This document shows, piece after piece, positions 1-9,583 of a DNA stretch of 64,000 nucleotides (within the stretch, counting starts at the first letter, position 1; each line of letters opens with the position of its first letter). A model generated the notes under the pieces. That model had not been told where the DNA came from. It made no database searches and saw only the letters and a program-made list of their open reading frames with translations. The position numbers were made by a program, and so were the translations under genes. The DNA comes from an uncultured Acidobacteriota bacterium (GTDB lineage: Bacteria; Acidobacteriota; Vicinamibacteria; Vicinamibacterales; SCN-69-37). The DNA lies in assembly GCA_963780895.1 (NCBI GenBank), contig CAWAEG010000011.1:37024-101023 (forward strand). Direction: 5' to 3'.

Positions 1-873
1 CTCACCATGTCGATTGCTGCGGGTGTTCTGCTCGCCGTGCTCGCGTGGCGCGGCGCGCCGGCGCTCGAGAGTCCCGCCGATCCGACGGCGAGCGACTACA
101 TTCCGCGGCCCGAGTGGTACTTCCTCGGCCTCTTCCAGCTGCTGAAGTACTTTCCGGGGAAATGGGAGGTCGTCGGTGCGCTGATCGTGCCCGGCCTCGC
201 CGCGGTGTTTCTCGCGCTCTTGCCGTGGCTCGATCGCAGTGGGTCGCGCGACCCACGGACGCGCCGGGTCGTCATCGGGCTGTTCACGGCCGGCCTGGCT
301 GGCGCAGTGACGCTGACGACGCTCGGCGCGCTCGATCGTCCGCCGCAGCAGCCGCACGTCTGGACGGTGCCGGAGCAAGCGGGCGCGATTCTGATTTCGT
401 CGAGCGACCGCTGCACGAAATGCCACGCGCCGGAACGGATGGCCCCGCCAGTCGATCCGAAGCGCCAGAGCCGTCCGCCGGACTGGCTGGCGGCGCACGT
501 CGTCGATCCCGAGGTGATCGGACCCGGCATTCGAGACGTGCCGGAGGCCGCGAACGAAGCGGAAGTCTCGGCGATTCGCGCGGCCCTCACGAAAATGCGC
601 TCGGTCGATCCGCCCGCGCTCGACGAGGTGAGCCGTCGGGCCATCGTGCTCTTCAACCGCCACTGCCTGAGCTGTCACGTGATCGGATCGGTCGGCGGTA
701 CCGACGGACCCGACCTCACGCACGTTGGCGAGAAGCTCGACCCAGGCGTCATCGAGCGGCGGATCGTGAATCCGGCCGAGGTGCAGATCGACGCGAAGAT
801 GCCGGCGTTTCGTGACAAGCTCACGCCGGAAGAGATTCATTCGATCGCGTTGTGGCTGGGGCAAAGAAAATAG
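1..873 (+). CDS. Cytochrome b (C-terminal/subunit IV region) fused to a dihaem cytochrome c; 5'-partial, part of a Rieske/cytochrome b complex
   Basis: Frame is open from base 1. RPEWYF Qo-site motif, transmembrane helices, then two CxxCH motifs (CTKCH, CLSCH) and a distal MP. Confidence 0.85.
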   Translation, partial: LTMSIAAGVLLAVLAWRGAPALESPADPTASDYIPRPEWYFLGLFQLLKYFPGKWEVVGALIVPGLAAVFLALLPWLDRSGSRDPRTRRVVIGLFTAGLAGAVTLTTLGALDRPPQQPHVWTVPEQAGAILISSSDRCTKCHAPERMAPPVDPKRQSRPPDWLAAHVVDPEVIGPGIRDVPEAANEAEVSAIRAALTKMRSVDPPALDEVSRRAIVLFNRHCLSCHVIGSVGGTDGPDLTHVGEKLDPGVIERRIVNPAEVQIDAKMPAFRDKLTPEEIHSIALWLGQRK

Positions 874-1001
874 ACTCGACGGCTGTCGCGGCGGTAGAGC
901 AAGAGGGCCCGCGGCTCGGGCGCTTCTCGCGCGTGGCCGTCGTACCGACACACTTGCGGTCCAGCCGATAGCCCCGGCCGCACGGGCCTCTGGTGGTGCT
1001 G

Positions 1002-2585
1002 ATGTCAGCAACCTGCCTCAACCTCGCGTCGCTGCTCGAACATCAGGCGCGGCTGACGCCCGATCGCCTGGCCGTCGTCCTTCGCCCGTACACGTTCACG
1101 TTCGCGCAACTCGACGCGATGGCCAGCCGCGTCGCGGCGGGTCTCCGGGCGCTGGGTCTGGGGCCGGGCGACCACATCGCGTTGGCGTGTCCCAACACGC
1201 CGCACTTTCCGATCGCCTACTACGGGATCCTCAAGCTCGGCGGCGTGGTCGTGCCGCTCAACGTCCTGCTCAAGCCGCGCGAGATCGCGTATCACCTGCG
1301 CAACAGCGACGCGCGCGCGCTTCTCGTTTTCGAAGGTACGCCGGAGCTCCCGATGGCGCAGATGGCGCGGGCTGCCTGCACCGAACAGGATGCACCGGAG
1401 TGCCGCCATCTGATCGTGATGACGGTCGATCCCGCAGCGCCGAGTCCGGTAGAACGCGCACTCACGCTCGGTCAGCTCATGCACGGCCAGCCGGCTAGCT
1501 GCTTCGCGCACGCGACCGCGCCCGATGACACGGCGGTGATGCTCTACACCTCCGGCACAACGGGGCAGTCCAAAGGCGCCGAGCTGACGCACTTCAACAT
1601 GACGATGAACGCGCTGGCGTCACGCGACATGCTGCTGCCGGCGCTCGAGGCCGGCAGGGACGGCCGGAACGTCACACTCGTCACGCTGCCGCTGTTCCAT
1701 TCCACCGCGCAGACGGCGCAGATGAACGCTGCGGTTTCCGGCGGCTGGACCATCGTCATGTTGCCGAGGTTCGAGCCGGGTGCCGTCCTGCGTGCCCTGG
1801 AAACCGAAGACGTGACCTGCTGGATCGGCGTGCCGACGATGTACTGGTCGCTCCTGCAGCACGCGCGCAAGGAGCCGCTCGACGTCTCGAAGGTCGCGGC
1901 GTCGCTCCGCTGTTGTGTCTCAGGCGGCGCGCCGATGCCGCTCGCCGTGCTGGAGGACTTCGAGAAGGCGTTCAACGTCCGTGTGCTCGAAGGCTACGGG
2001 CTTTCCGAGACATCGCCGGTGGCGTGCTTCAACCAGGTCTTCAAGCCGTCGAAGCCTGGGACGGTCGGGTTTCCGATCACCGGCTGCGAGATTCGCATCG
2101 TGGACGATGAAGATCGGCCGCTCGCGACGGGCAAACGTGGCGAGGTCGTCATCCGCGGCCACAACGTGATGAAGGGTTACTACAAGGATCCCACCGCGAC
2201 GGCCGAGGCGCTCCGCGGCGGCTGGTTCCACACCGGCGACATCGGCGTCCTCGACGACGACGGGTTTCTCACAATCGTCGATCGCAAGAAGGACATGCTG
2301 ATTCGCGGCGGGACCAACGTCTATCCGCGCGAGATCGAGGAAGTACTGATGACGCATCCGGCCGTCTCGCTGGCCGGCGTGATTGGTGTACCCGACGAGC
2401 GCCTGGGCGAAGAAGTGAAGGCGTTCATCGTGCTGAGGCCGGGAGCGAATCTTACGGCCGAGGCGCTGATCGCGTGGAGCAAGGAGCAGTTGGCGGCATT
2501 CAAGTACCCGCGGTTCGTGGAGTTTCGCGAATCGCTGCCGGTCGGTGCGACGGGGAAGGTACTGAAACGGGCGCTGAAGCAGTAG
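1002..2585 (+). CDS. Long-chain fatty acid-CoA ligase (AMP-binding family)
   Basis: YTSGTTG, GYGLSE, FHTGDIG and DRKKD motifs plus the C-terminal GKVLK. ATG at 1002 (alternative GTG at 993). Confidence 0.9.
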   Translation: MSATCLNLASLLEHQARLTPDRLAVVLRPYTFTFAQLDAMASRVAAGLRALGLGPGDHIALACPNTPHFPIAYYGILKLGGVVVPLNVLLKPREIAYHLRNSDARALLVFEGTPELPMAQMARAACTEQDAPECRHLIVMTVDPAAPSPVERALTLGQLMHGQPASCFAHATAPDDTAVMLYTSGTTGQSKGAELTHFNMTMNALASRDMLLPALEAGRDGRNVTLVTLPLFHSTAQTAQMNAAVSGGWTIVMLPRFEPGAVLRALETEDVTCWIGVPTMYWSLLQHARKEPLDVSKVAASLRCCVSGGAPMPLAVLEDFEKAFNVRVLEGYGLSETSPVACFNQVFKPSKPGTVGFPITGCEIRIVDDEDRPLATGKRGEVVIRGHNVMKGYYKDPTATAEALRGGWFHTGDIGVLDDDGFLTIVDRKKDMLIRGGTNVYPREIEEVLMTHPAVSLAGVIGVPDERLGEEVKAFIVLRPGANLTAEALIAWSKEQLAAFKYPRFVEFRESLPVGATGKVLKRALKQ

Positions 2586-2598
2586 GCCGAACGGGAAT

Positions 2599-2794
2599 AG
2601 GCCCTAGGCGAAAGGCCCATGCTGCTTGCAACCATTGCGGGGCTCATCCTCACGGATTGGTGGCGTTGGGCTGGCGTCGCCCTGGTGACGCTGCCTGTTT
2701 GGCTGATCTATCGTTTCGTATCAAATCGGCGAAGTGGCCGCGCGCTGCACCGGCCATCCTCCGGCACGTAGCTTGGGCCTTTCGCCTAGGGCCT
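2599..2794. mobile_element. 196-bp MITE/REPIN-like unit with perfect 21-bp terminal inverted repeats
   Basis: AGGCCCTAGGCGAAAGGCCCA (2599-2619) is the exact reverse complement of TGGGCCTTTCGCCTAGGGCCT (2774-2794). It lies between convergent genes. Confidence 0.6.
2619..2771 (+). CDS. Putative 50-aa small membrane peptide MLLATIAGLILTDWWRWAGVALVTLPVWLIYRFVSNRRSGRALHRPSSGT
   Basis: ATG 2619 to TAG 2771 fills the space between the IRs. Hydrophobic Trp-rich N-part and basic tail. Absent from the supplied ORF track. Confidence 0.45.
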   Translation: MLLATIAGLILTDWWRWAGVALVTLPVWLIYRFVSNRRSGRALHRPSSGT

Positions 2795-2802
2795 GTCCAC
2801 CG

Positions 2803-3783
2803 TCACATCTTCAGCAGGCGCTTCGCATTCCCACCCAGGATCAGGTTCTTGTCGGCGTCGCTGATGGGCAATCCGCGAATGGCCTCCAGCATCAGCGGGA
2901 TGCTTCCGATCTGGTGCGGGTAGTCGCTGCCGGCCAGGATGTGATCGGCGCCGGCGAATTCGATCGCGAGCTTCAGCGGCCCCGCCGCGAAGTTCACCGT
3001 GTCGTAATAAAACTGCTTCTTGAGGTACGTCGTCGGCGGCTCGTCGATGTGCGCGCGGCAGTCCTTGAACGCGCGCCAGCCGCGGTCGAGACGTTCGGCC
3101 AGATACGGAATCGTCCCGCCCAGGTGGCCCAGCACCCAGCGGATACGCGGGAAACGCTTCGCGACGCCGCTGAAGACGAGCTTCGATGCTGCAAGCGTCG
3201 TGTCGAACAGAAACCCGTTGAGCGGCATCAGCCAGTACTCGCGCATGCTCTCGACGCCGACCGGATAGGTCGGGTGGATCATCATCACCGCGTCGCGGTC
3301 GTTCGCGGCTTCGTAGATCGGCCAGAACTCCTGCGCGTCGAGCCCGGTGCCGTTCACGTTGCTGAAGAGCATCGCACCGGGGAGCTTGAGTTGGTCCATG
3401 GCCCTCAGCAACTCAGTCGTGGAGGCTTTCGCGTCGTTGAGCGGCAGCGTCGCGAGCGGCACGAACCGCGTGCGGCGCTCGTCGCGCACGCGCGCGAACG
3501 CGTCGTTCGTGATTGATGCCAGTTTGGCGGCCACGGCGGGCGGATCGACGTGGGTGCCGGGCGTCGTGAGCGAGATCACCTGCACGTCAACCTTTTGCTC
3601 GTCGAGCGCTGTCTGGCGGTAGGCGATGTCACGATGCCCGCGCACCATGATGTTGTAGTCGCCTGGGTAGTGGACGACCGGGTTGCCCTCGCCGTCGTAC
3701 GTGATCTTCAGCGTGCTGCCGGACGGCCCGAGCGCGTCGAGATATTCGGGCGGGTAGTAGTGGTTGTGGAAGTCGATGACCAT
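2803..3783 (-). CDS. Amidohydrolase-2 family protein (ACMSD/decarboxylase-like)
   Basis: IDFHNH, IHP, GHLGG and GSDYP motifs. Confidence 0.85.
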   Translation of the reverse strand: MVIDFHNHYYPPEYLDALGPSGSTLKITYDGEGNPVVHYPGDYNIMVRGHRDIAYRQTALDEQKVDVQVISLTTPGTHVDPPAVAAKLASITNDAFARVRDERRTRFVPLATLPLNDAKASTTELLRAMDQLKLPGAMLFSNVNGTGLDAQEFWPIYEAANDRDAVMMIHPTYPVGVESMREYWLMPLNGFLFDTTLAASKLVFSGVAKRFPRIRWVLGHLGGTIPYLAERLDRGWRAFKDCRAHIDEPPTTYLKKQFYYDTVNFAAGPLKLAIEFAGADHILAGSDYPHQIGSIPLMLEAIRGLPISDADKNLILGGNAKRLLKM

Positions 3784-3798
3784 TCTGGAATGCACTCG

Positions 3799-3838
3799 AA
3801 GGCTGAAAGGCTCAAAGGCCAGAAGGCTCAGAGGCCTG
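3799..3838. repeat. Short tandem octamer array (AAGGCTCA-like x5)
   Basis: aaggctga aaggctca aaggccag aaggctca gaggcctg. Confidence 0.8.
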
Positions 3839-3842
3839 GAGT

Positions 3843-5210
3843 TTATGGGGAGTGTTTCGCTTCAGTTCGCCTGGTCGCTGTTCGTCGCGACCAGACAACA
3901 TACACCGGCAGCCCGAGGAGGACCATACCAAGCCCGACCAGGCTGTCGCGCGGGACGGCCATGATCTGCATCACCACGATGACCGCCGAGGCGAGGATGA
4001 AGACGATCGGCACAATCGGGTAGCCCCAGATGCGGTAGCTGGGCCGGTACGTGGCTCGTCTCCGCAGGAGCATCAATCCCGCCGCCATCGCGGCGAAGAA
4101 AATCCATTCCGTGTAGATCACGCGCGAGAACAGCGCGCCGTAGGTGTTGGTGAATGCGAGCACCGACGCCCAGATTCCCTGGATCACGATCGCGCGATGG
4201 GGCGTCCCGAACGTCGGGTGGACGGCGCCGACCCATTTGAACAGCGTGCCATCCTGAGCCATCGAGTAATACACGCGTGGGCCCATCAGGATGATGCCGT
4301 TCACCGCGCCGAAGGTGGACACCATCACGAGCACGGCCATCATCTGGGCGCCGCCGCCGGCGAACAGCACATCGGCGGCATCGGCCGCGACGCGCGTTGA
4401 CGCGCGCACCGCTTCGAGCGGCAGCAGGCGCAGGTAGATTGCGTTCAGGCCGGCATAACAGACGGTGACGATGAGCGTGCCGATGAGGAGCGCGCGCGGG
4501 AGCGTGCGCGCGGCGTCCTTCGTCTCGCCGGCGGTGTAGGTCACCATGTGCCAGCCGCCGTACGCGAACAGTCCGGCCGCGATCGCGAGAATGAATCCGC
4601 GCATCGTCACGTCGCCGGCGGCCAGGACCGCGCTGGCCGGCGCCGCGGGACCGGCGCCGCCGGTCCACACGATTCCGGCGCCGATAATGAGGCTGATGGC
4701 GAGGAGCTTCACCGCGGTGAAGACGTTCTGCACCAGGCCGCCATGCCTGACGCCGACGTAGTTCACGGCCGAGAGCAGCAGGATCACGCCCACGGCCACG
4801 ATGCGCTGATCGAGCCCCACGAACACGCTTGCGTAGCGCGCGAAGACCGTCGCGATAGCGGCGATGATGCCGGAGTGCATGCTCCAGAACATCGCCCAGC
4901 CCCAGAGAAAACCGATCGACGGCGAGTACGCTTCGCGCAGAAATACGTACACGCCGCCGGTTTTCGGAAACGCCGACGCCAGCTCGGCGCACACGAGCGC
5001 CCCGAAGAGCGTCAGCACGCCGGCCGCCAGCCAGACGAGGACGATGCCGCCGACCGACGGCATCTGGCGCGTGATTTCGGACGGCTGGACGAAAATCGAC
5101 GCGCCGATGATCGTGCCCACGACCATCGCCGTCGCGTGCGTCAGGCCGAGGGAGGGGCGGAGCTCGCCGGTCACAAAGAGTCGATCGCTCTCAGGCGCGT
5201 CAGCTTCCAC
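3843..5210 (-). CDS. APC-family amino acid permease
   Basis: GTIIGASIF, ELASAFPKTGG and FAYGGW motifs; about 12 TM helices. Confidence 0.9.
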   Translation of the reverse strand: MEADAPESDRLFVTGELRPSLGLTHATAMVVGTIIGASIFVQPSEITRQMPSVGGIVLVWLAAGVLTLFGALVCAELASAFPKTGGVYVFLREAYSPSIGFLWGWAMFWSMHSGIIAAIATVFARYASVFVGLDQRIVAVGVILLLSAVNYVGVRHGGLVQNVFTAVKLLAISLIIGAGIVWTGGAGPAAPASAVLAAGDVTMRGFILAIAAGLFAYGGWHMVTYTAGETKDAARTLPRALLIGTLIVTVCYAGLNAIYLRLLPLEAVRASTRVAADAADVLFAGGGAQMMAVLVMVSTFGAVNGIILMGPRVYYSMAQDGTLFKWVGAVHPTFGTPHRAIVIQGIWASVLAFTNTYGALFSRVIYTEWIFFAAMAAGLMLLRRRATYRPSYRIWGYPIVPIVFILASAVIVVMQIMAVPRDSLVGLGMVLLGLPVYVVWSRRTATRRTEAKHSP

Positions 5211-8200
5211 CCCCGCCCCGAGTCACCGTTCCGCGCAGTGTCTTGCCCTTGACCGGATAGGCCGGACGTTTCGGATCGGCTGGCGGAGACTTCTGAAGCG
5301 CCTGCAGCGCGACCTCGATCGCCTTCTCGAGCTGCGGATCGCGGCCGCTGATGACATCGGCGGGCGTTTGCTCCACTTCGATATCAGGCGCCACGCCTTC
5401 GTTCTCGACTGTCCAGCCCTCCTCGGGCGTCCAGATCGCGAGATTTGGCGCCGTGATGGATCCGCCATCCATCAGCACGGGAAAGCCGAGCGTGCCGACC
5501 AGGCCACCCCAGGTCCGCTGACCGACGAGCGGACCGAGCCCGAACTTCTTGAACATCCAGGGCAGCAGGTCGCCGCCCGAGCCGGCGGTCTCGTCGATGA
5601 TCATGACCTTCGGCCCCTGGATCGAGGCCGTCGGCGTCTTCAGGTCCTCGCCGTACCGCATCGCCCAGTACGAAATCAGCGGACGCCGCAGCAGATCAAT
5701 GTAGTAGTCGGCCACCTGGCCGCCACCGTTGAAGCGCTCGTCGATGATGACGGCGTCCTTGTGGGTCTGGGGAAAAAAGTACCGCTTGAAGTACGCGTGG
5801 CCCTGTGCCGCAGTGTTGGGCACGTACACGTACGCCACGCGGCCCTTGGTCGCCTGGTCGACTTTCTTCAGGTTGCGTTCGACCCAGTCGCGATTGCGCA
5901 AGGCACCCTCGTTGGCGATCGGCACGACGGAGACGGTCCGCGAACCGGTGCCGTCAGGGTTCGGGCCGACCGTCAGTTCGACGATCTTTCCCGATGTGTT
6001 CTCGAAGAAGCTGTAGACGTTGGCCGACGATCGCACGTCCTTGCCACGAACAGCCAGCAAGTACTCGCCCTCACGGACATTGACCCCGGGCTCGGTGAGC
6101 GGCGACCGAAGCTGAGGGTTCCAGTTCAGGCCGCCGTACACCTTCTTGAACCGGTAGCGGCCATTCTCAATTGAGTAGTCAGCACCCAGGAGGCCGCCCG
6201 GCACCGCGTCCCGCGTCGGAGGGCCGTCGCCGCCCCCGACGTTGTGATGACCGACCGAGAGCTCGGACGACATCCACTGCAGCACACGGTTCAAATCGGA
6301 GCGGATCGCCAGGTCTGGCAGAAACACCTCGTACTTGCGCTTCATGGCCGCCCAGTCGACGCCGTGCATGTTGGGCGCGTAGAAGTAGTCGCGATTGATC
6401 CGCCAGGCTTCGTCGAAGATCTGCTTCCACTCGGCGCGCGGATCGAACTTGACCTGAATGGCATCGATGGCAAGCCGTCCGGCCGACGCCTCGATTCGAG
6501 CCGTCGTCGCGACGATCGACCACGTATTGTTGTTCACGTAGAGCATCTTCTTGCCGTCAGCGGAGAGCGTGTAGCCGTCGATGTCCGGCAGGAGCGTCTC
6601 GTCCTTGCGTTGATTCAGGTCGTAGCGGTGGAGCTCGGTCCGTGAGTCCACCGTGCGCAGGTAGTAGATGTGCCCGGCAGCTCCGACCTGCAGGCTCGCC
6701 AGCCGGCCGGCTTGCACCGGCATGTCCAGAATCCGGGAGCCGATCCCGTCTAGATCGATCCGCACCGCCGCCGGCGGGGCAGCCGGCTCAGCAGGCCGTT
6801 CTGCTGCCGGTTTGGCCTGTTCCCCGGTGTCCTTGCCGCCGCCGCCCGGAGCCTTCTCCTCGTCGCTCTCCCTGGCAAGCGGCGAAGGCACGTCGTTTCT
6901 CAGCACGGCGAGGTAAACGTTGTGTGAGAACTGCATGTCGGCGTTCGACTGCGCGAACCAGTCCACGGCCGGCCCGGCGTCGGTCGAGCCAAAGAAATAC
7001 AGATACTTGCCGTTCCGATCGAATACCGGATCGGTGACTTCGCCCAGGCCGTCCGTGATTTGATGCGATCGGTTCTGCTCGATCGAGTACAGGTGCACAG
7101 CCGTGACGAGCGGCTGCAGATTGACGACGTAGGCGATCCACTTCGAGTCTGGCGACCAGGCGTGCCTGGGCAGCCCATTGGGCGTGTAGACGCGGTGTCC
7201 GCCGATGCGCGTCGATTTGCCGGTCGCGACGTCCATCCAGAACAGGTTCTGCGAGTTGTCCGAGTACGACACGTTCTTGCTGTCAGGCGACCAGGCGAGC
7301 TGGTCGTAGAAGCCATGACCGTCGAGCTTGATCGTGCGCGGCTCGCCTTTGCCGTCCTGACTCGTGATTCGCAACCCGTATTCGCCGCCCTCGTCGGAGA
7401 AGTACGCGACCTGCATGCCGTCCGGAGACCAGGCGGGTGACCGTTCGTGCGCAGCCGTGGTTTGCGTGAGGTTGCGCGCGTCTCCTTTCTCCGCGGGCAC
7501 GGTCACGATCTCGCCGCGGAACTCGAACGCCGCCCGGGCGCCGGTCGGCGACAGCGCCGAGTCGCGAATCCATCGCGCGCCGCTTGCGTACCGCGGACGC
7601 GTCTCGGGCAAATCGGCGGCGACGCCGATCTTCAGCCGCGTGCTTCGCGTGCTGGCCGGGTCGAACAGGTGGAGGTACCCGCCTTGCTCGAACACGATCC
7701 GGCCGCCGCCGGCCGAGGCGCTGAGGATCGGGAAGTCGTTGTAGTGCGTGAGTTGACGAACCGCTTTCGTCCGTGTGTCGTACGAGAAGAGATTGAACTC
7801 GCCGTTCCGGTCGGATCGGAAGTACACCATGTTGCCGATCCACATCGCATCGGTGTCGTTCGAGCGCGTCTCCGGCTGCGGGATCTTCATCAGTTCGCGG
7901 CCGATCGGGTCGTAGATCCAGATTCGGGAGACGGTGCCCCCCCGGTACTGCTTCCACTGAGCGAACCTGGCCGCCAGCGGGTTGTACGCGATGAGCCCGC
8001 CGGGTCCGGGCGCGGCTCGCGACGCATTGGGAATGGGGAGGGGCTCCTCGATCCCCCCGGTGACCGGCACCTTGAAGAGCTGTGTGTAGCGGGTCGTGAA
8101 CACCGCGCGGCCCGATGTGAACAGCACGGCGTTGCCGTCCGTCGTAAACGCCTGAACAGTGTCGGCGCCAGGATGCCAGGTGAGGCGCGTCGGCACGCCA

Positions 8201-8514
8201 CCTTCGACCGGCACCACGTACACGTCGGTGTTGCCCTCGTACTGCGCACTGAAGGCGATGCGGCGGCCGTCAGGCGAGAACGCCGGATTCGATTCGACGC
8301 CGTCGTCGGTCGTCAGCCGGCGAACGTCGCTGCCGTCGTGACGCGCTACCCAGAGGTCGCCGGCATACACGAACGCGACGTGGGTGGCACTCGTCGCCGG
8401 CTGGGCAAGAAGCCTGGTATCGGTGACGTCCACGCGCGCGCTCGGCGCCGCGGTGGCGGTCAGGCACAAGCAGACAGCGATGAGCAGACGCGGACGTGTA
8501 GAGCGCTGCGACAT
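5200..8514 (-). CDS. Tricorn-like S41 protease (beta-propellers, PDZ, S41 catalytic domain), secreted
   Basis: PD40/WSPD repeats, ELSVGH, IIDERFNGGG and ETAGSGGD. Start chosen at ATG 8514 with GAGGTGG SD and a signal peptide. Confidence 0.9.
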   Translation of the reverse strand: MSQRSTRPRLLIAVCLCLTATAAPSARVDVTDTRLLAQPATSATHVAFVYAGDLWVARHDGSDVRRLTTDDGVESNPAFSPDGRRIAFSAQYEGNTDVYVVPVEGGVPTRLTWHPGADTVQAFTTDGNAVLFTSGRAVFTTRYTQLFKVPVTGGIEEPLPIPNASRAAPGPGGLIAYNPLAARFAQWKQYRGGTVSRIWIYDPIGRELMKIPQPETRSNDTDAMWIGNMVYFRSDRNGEFNLFSYDTRTKAVRQLTHYNDFPILSASAGGGRIVFEQGGYLHLFDPASTRSTRLKIGVAADLPETRPRYASGARWIRDSALSPTGARAAFEFRGEIVTVPAEKGDARNLTQTTAAHERSPAWSPDGMQVAYFSDEGGEYGLRITSQDGKGEPRTIKLDGHGFYDQLAWSPDSKNVSYSDNSQNLFWMDVATGKSTRIGGHRVYTPNGLPRHAWSPDSKWIAYVVNLQPLVTAVHLYSIEQNRSHQITDGLGEVTDPVFDRNGKYLYFFGSTDAGPAVDWFAQSNADMQFSHNVYLAVLRNDVPSPLARESDEEKAPGGGGKDTGEQAKPAAERPAEPAAPPAAVRIDLDGIGSRILDMPVQAGRLASLQVGAAGHIYYLRTVDSRTELHRYDLNQRKDETLLPDIDGYTLSADGKKMLYVNNNTWSIVATTARIEASAGRLAIDAIQVKFDPRAEWKQIFDEAWRINRDYFYAPNMHGVDWAAMKRKYEVFLPDLAIRSDLNRVLQWMSSELSVGHHNVGGGDGPPTRDAVPGGLLGADYSIENGRYRFKKVYGGLNWNPQLRSPLTEPGVNVREGEYLLAVRGKDVRSSANVYSFFENTSGKIVELTVGPNPDGTGSRTVSVVPIANEGALRNRDWVERNLKKVDQATKGRVAYVYVPNTAAQGHAYFKRYFFPQTHKDAVIIDERFNGGGQVADYYIDLLRRPLISYWAMRYGEDLKTPTASIQGPKVMIIDETAGSGGDLLPWMFKKFGLGPLVGQRTWGGLVGTLGFPVLMDGGSITAPNLAIWTPEEGWTVENEGVAPDIEVEQTPADVISGRDPQLEKAIEVALQALQKSPPADPKRPAYPVKGKTLRGTVTRGGGGS

Positions 8515-8553
8515 GGATCCACCTCGGGACGAATGGGAAGTTGCGAGGGCCCG

Positions 8554-8559
8554 ATTATA
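8554..8559 (-). promoter_or_regulatory. Consensus -10 (TATAAT) upstream of the tricorn protease gene
   Basis: ATTATA on the + strand, 39 nt upstream of ATG 8514 in a GC-rich context. Confidence 0.55.
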
Positions 8560-8569
8560 GGTCTCGGGC

Positions 8570-9583
8570 TTACCTGACGACGAACTCATGGCATCCGGGC
8601 GTCACGAGCAGCCGCCCACGCCGGGTGAAAAACAGGCTCGTCGGCGACACGCTGCCGTTCGCATCGAACTGGATCGTGCGGACCTTCTCGCCGTTGCGGT
8701 CGTAGACGTACGTAAACGGCGTCATGAGCGACACCCACAGTCGGCCTTCGGGATCGACCGCAGCGGTGCGGACCATCGGGGCCACGAGAGGTTGCACCCC
8801 GGCCGCCCGCGCCGGCCAGGTCGTCGGCAGCGCTTGAATGAGCCCGTCCAGCTCGACACCCTCGATGTGCCGCTCGAACACGAGCGTGCCGTCCGCGTCG
8901 TACTTCCGGAACATCGGTCGGCCCGTCTGGAAGACGAAATAGAACCCGCCTTTCGGATCGACCAGTGGCAGGCCGATGTTGAGCGAGAGGTGCAGGTTGC
9001 GATCCGACTCCTGCGACGTCGGCCGGAGGATGCCGATTTGCCTCAGCACGGTGCCTTCGATGTCGCGCTCCAGAAACAGTCCGCCCGCGTCGGGTTCGCT
9101 CACGAGAAACGTCTTGCCGGTGAAGTGCATGGAGCCGACGCCGTTCAGCACGAGCGGACCGATGACGAGACGCGGCGCGACACGCTTCGCCAGCCAGAAA
9201 CCGCCGAGTCGCGATCCGGTGAGACTGAAGTACTGAATCCGCTCCTGGCCGCTCGGCGCGTCGGCGACGGCAACGATGTCGTCCTTGCTCAGGTCGAGGA
9301 CGCCGGGCGACAGCACGCGACCTTGCTCACCGCCGATTTCCAGGATCTTTCGGACGCTCGTCCGGTCCGCACTGACGACGTAGACCGTGTGAGCACGCTT
9401 GTCGAGGACGACGATCTCGCCGGTCGAGGTCTCTGCACAGCCGATCGGATCCTGAAGGTGCCTGAGAATCGCGGACGGGAGGCTACCGACGGCGCGGAGG
9501 GTCTCCACGTCCGAAATCCGGTCCGCGATGGGAGGTGCTGCTGCCAGACCGGCGACGACGCAAGCCCGGGCGAACCCCTTCAT
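8570..9583 (-). CDS. Secreted beta-propeller (NHL/6-bladed-like) hypothetical protein
   Basis: Signal-like N-terminus and repeated propeller-blade patterns (AVDPEGRLWVS). ATGA overlap with the kinase stop. Confidence 0.65.
   Translation of the reverse strand: MKGFARACVVAGLAAAPPIADRISDVETLRAVGSLPSAILRHLQDPIGCAETSTGEIVVLDKRAHTVYVVSADRTSVRKILEIGGEQGRVLSPGVLDLSKDDIVAVADAPSGQERIQYFSLTGSRLGGFWLAKRVAPRLVIGPLVLNGVGSMHFTGKTFLVSEPDAGGLFLERDIEGTVLRQIGILRPTSQESDRNLHLSLNIGLPLVDPKGGFYFVFQTGRPMFRKYDADGTLVFERHIEGVELDGLIQALPTTWPARAAGVQPLVAPMVRTAAVDPEGRLWVSLMTPFTYVYDRNGEKVRTIQFDANGSVSPTSLFFTRRGRLLVTPGCHEFVVR

Noticed and set aside
874..1001. Imperfect long hairpin upstream of the acyl-CoA ligase as a riboswitch
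   Set aside because: No recognisable riboswitch motif or expression platform; the pairing is explainable by GC richness.
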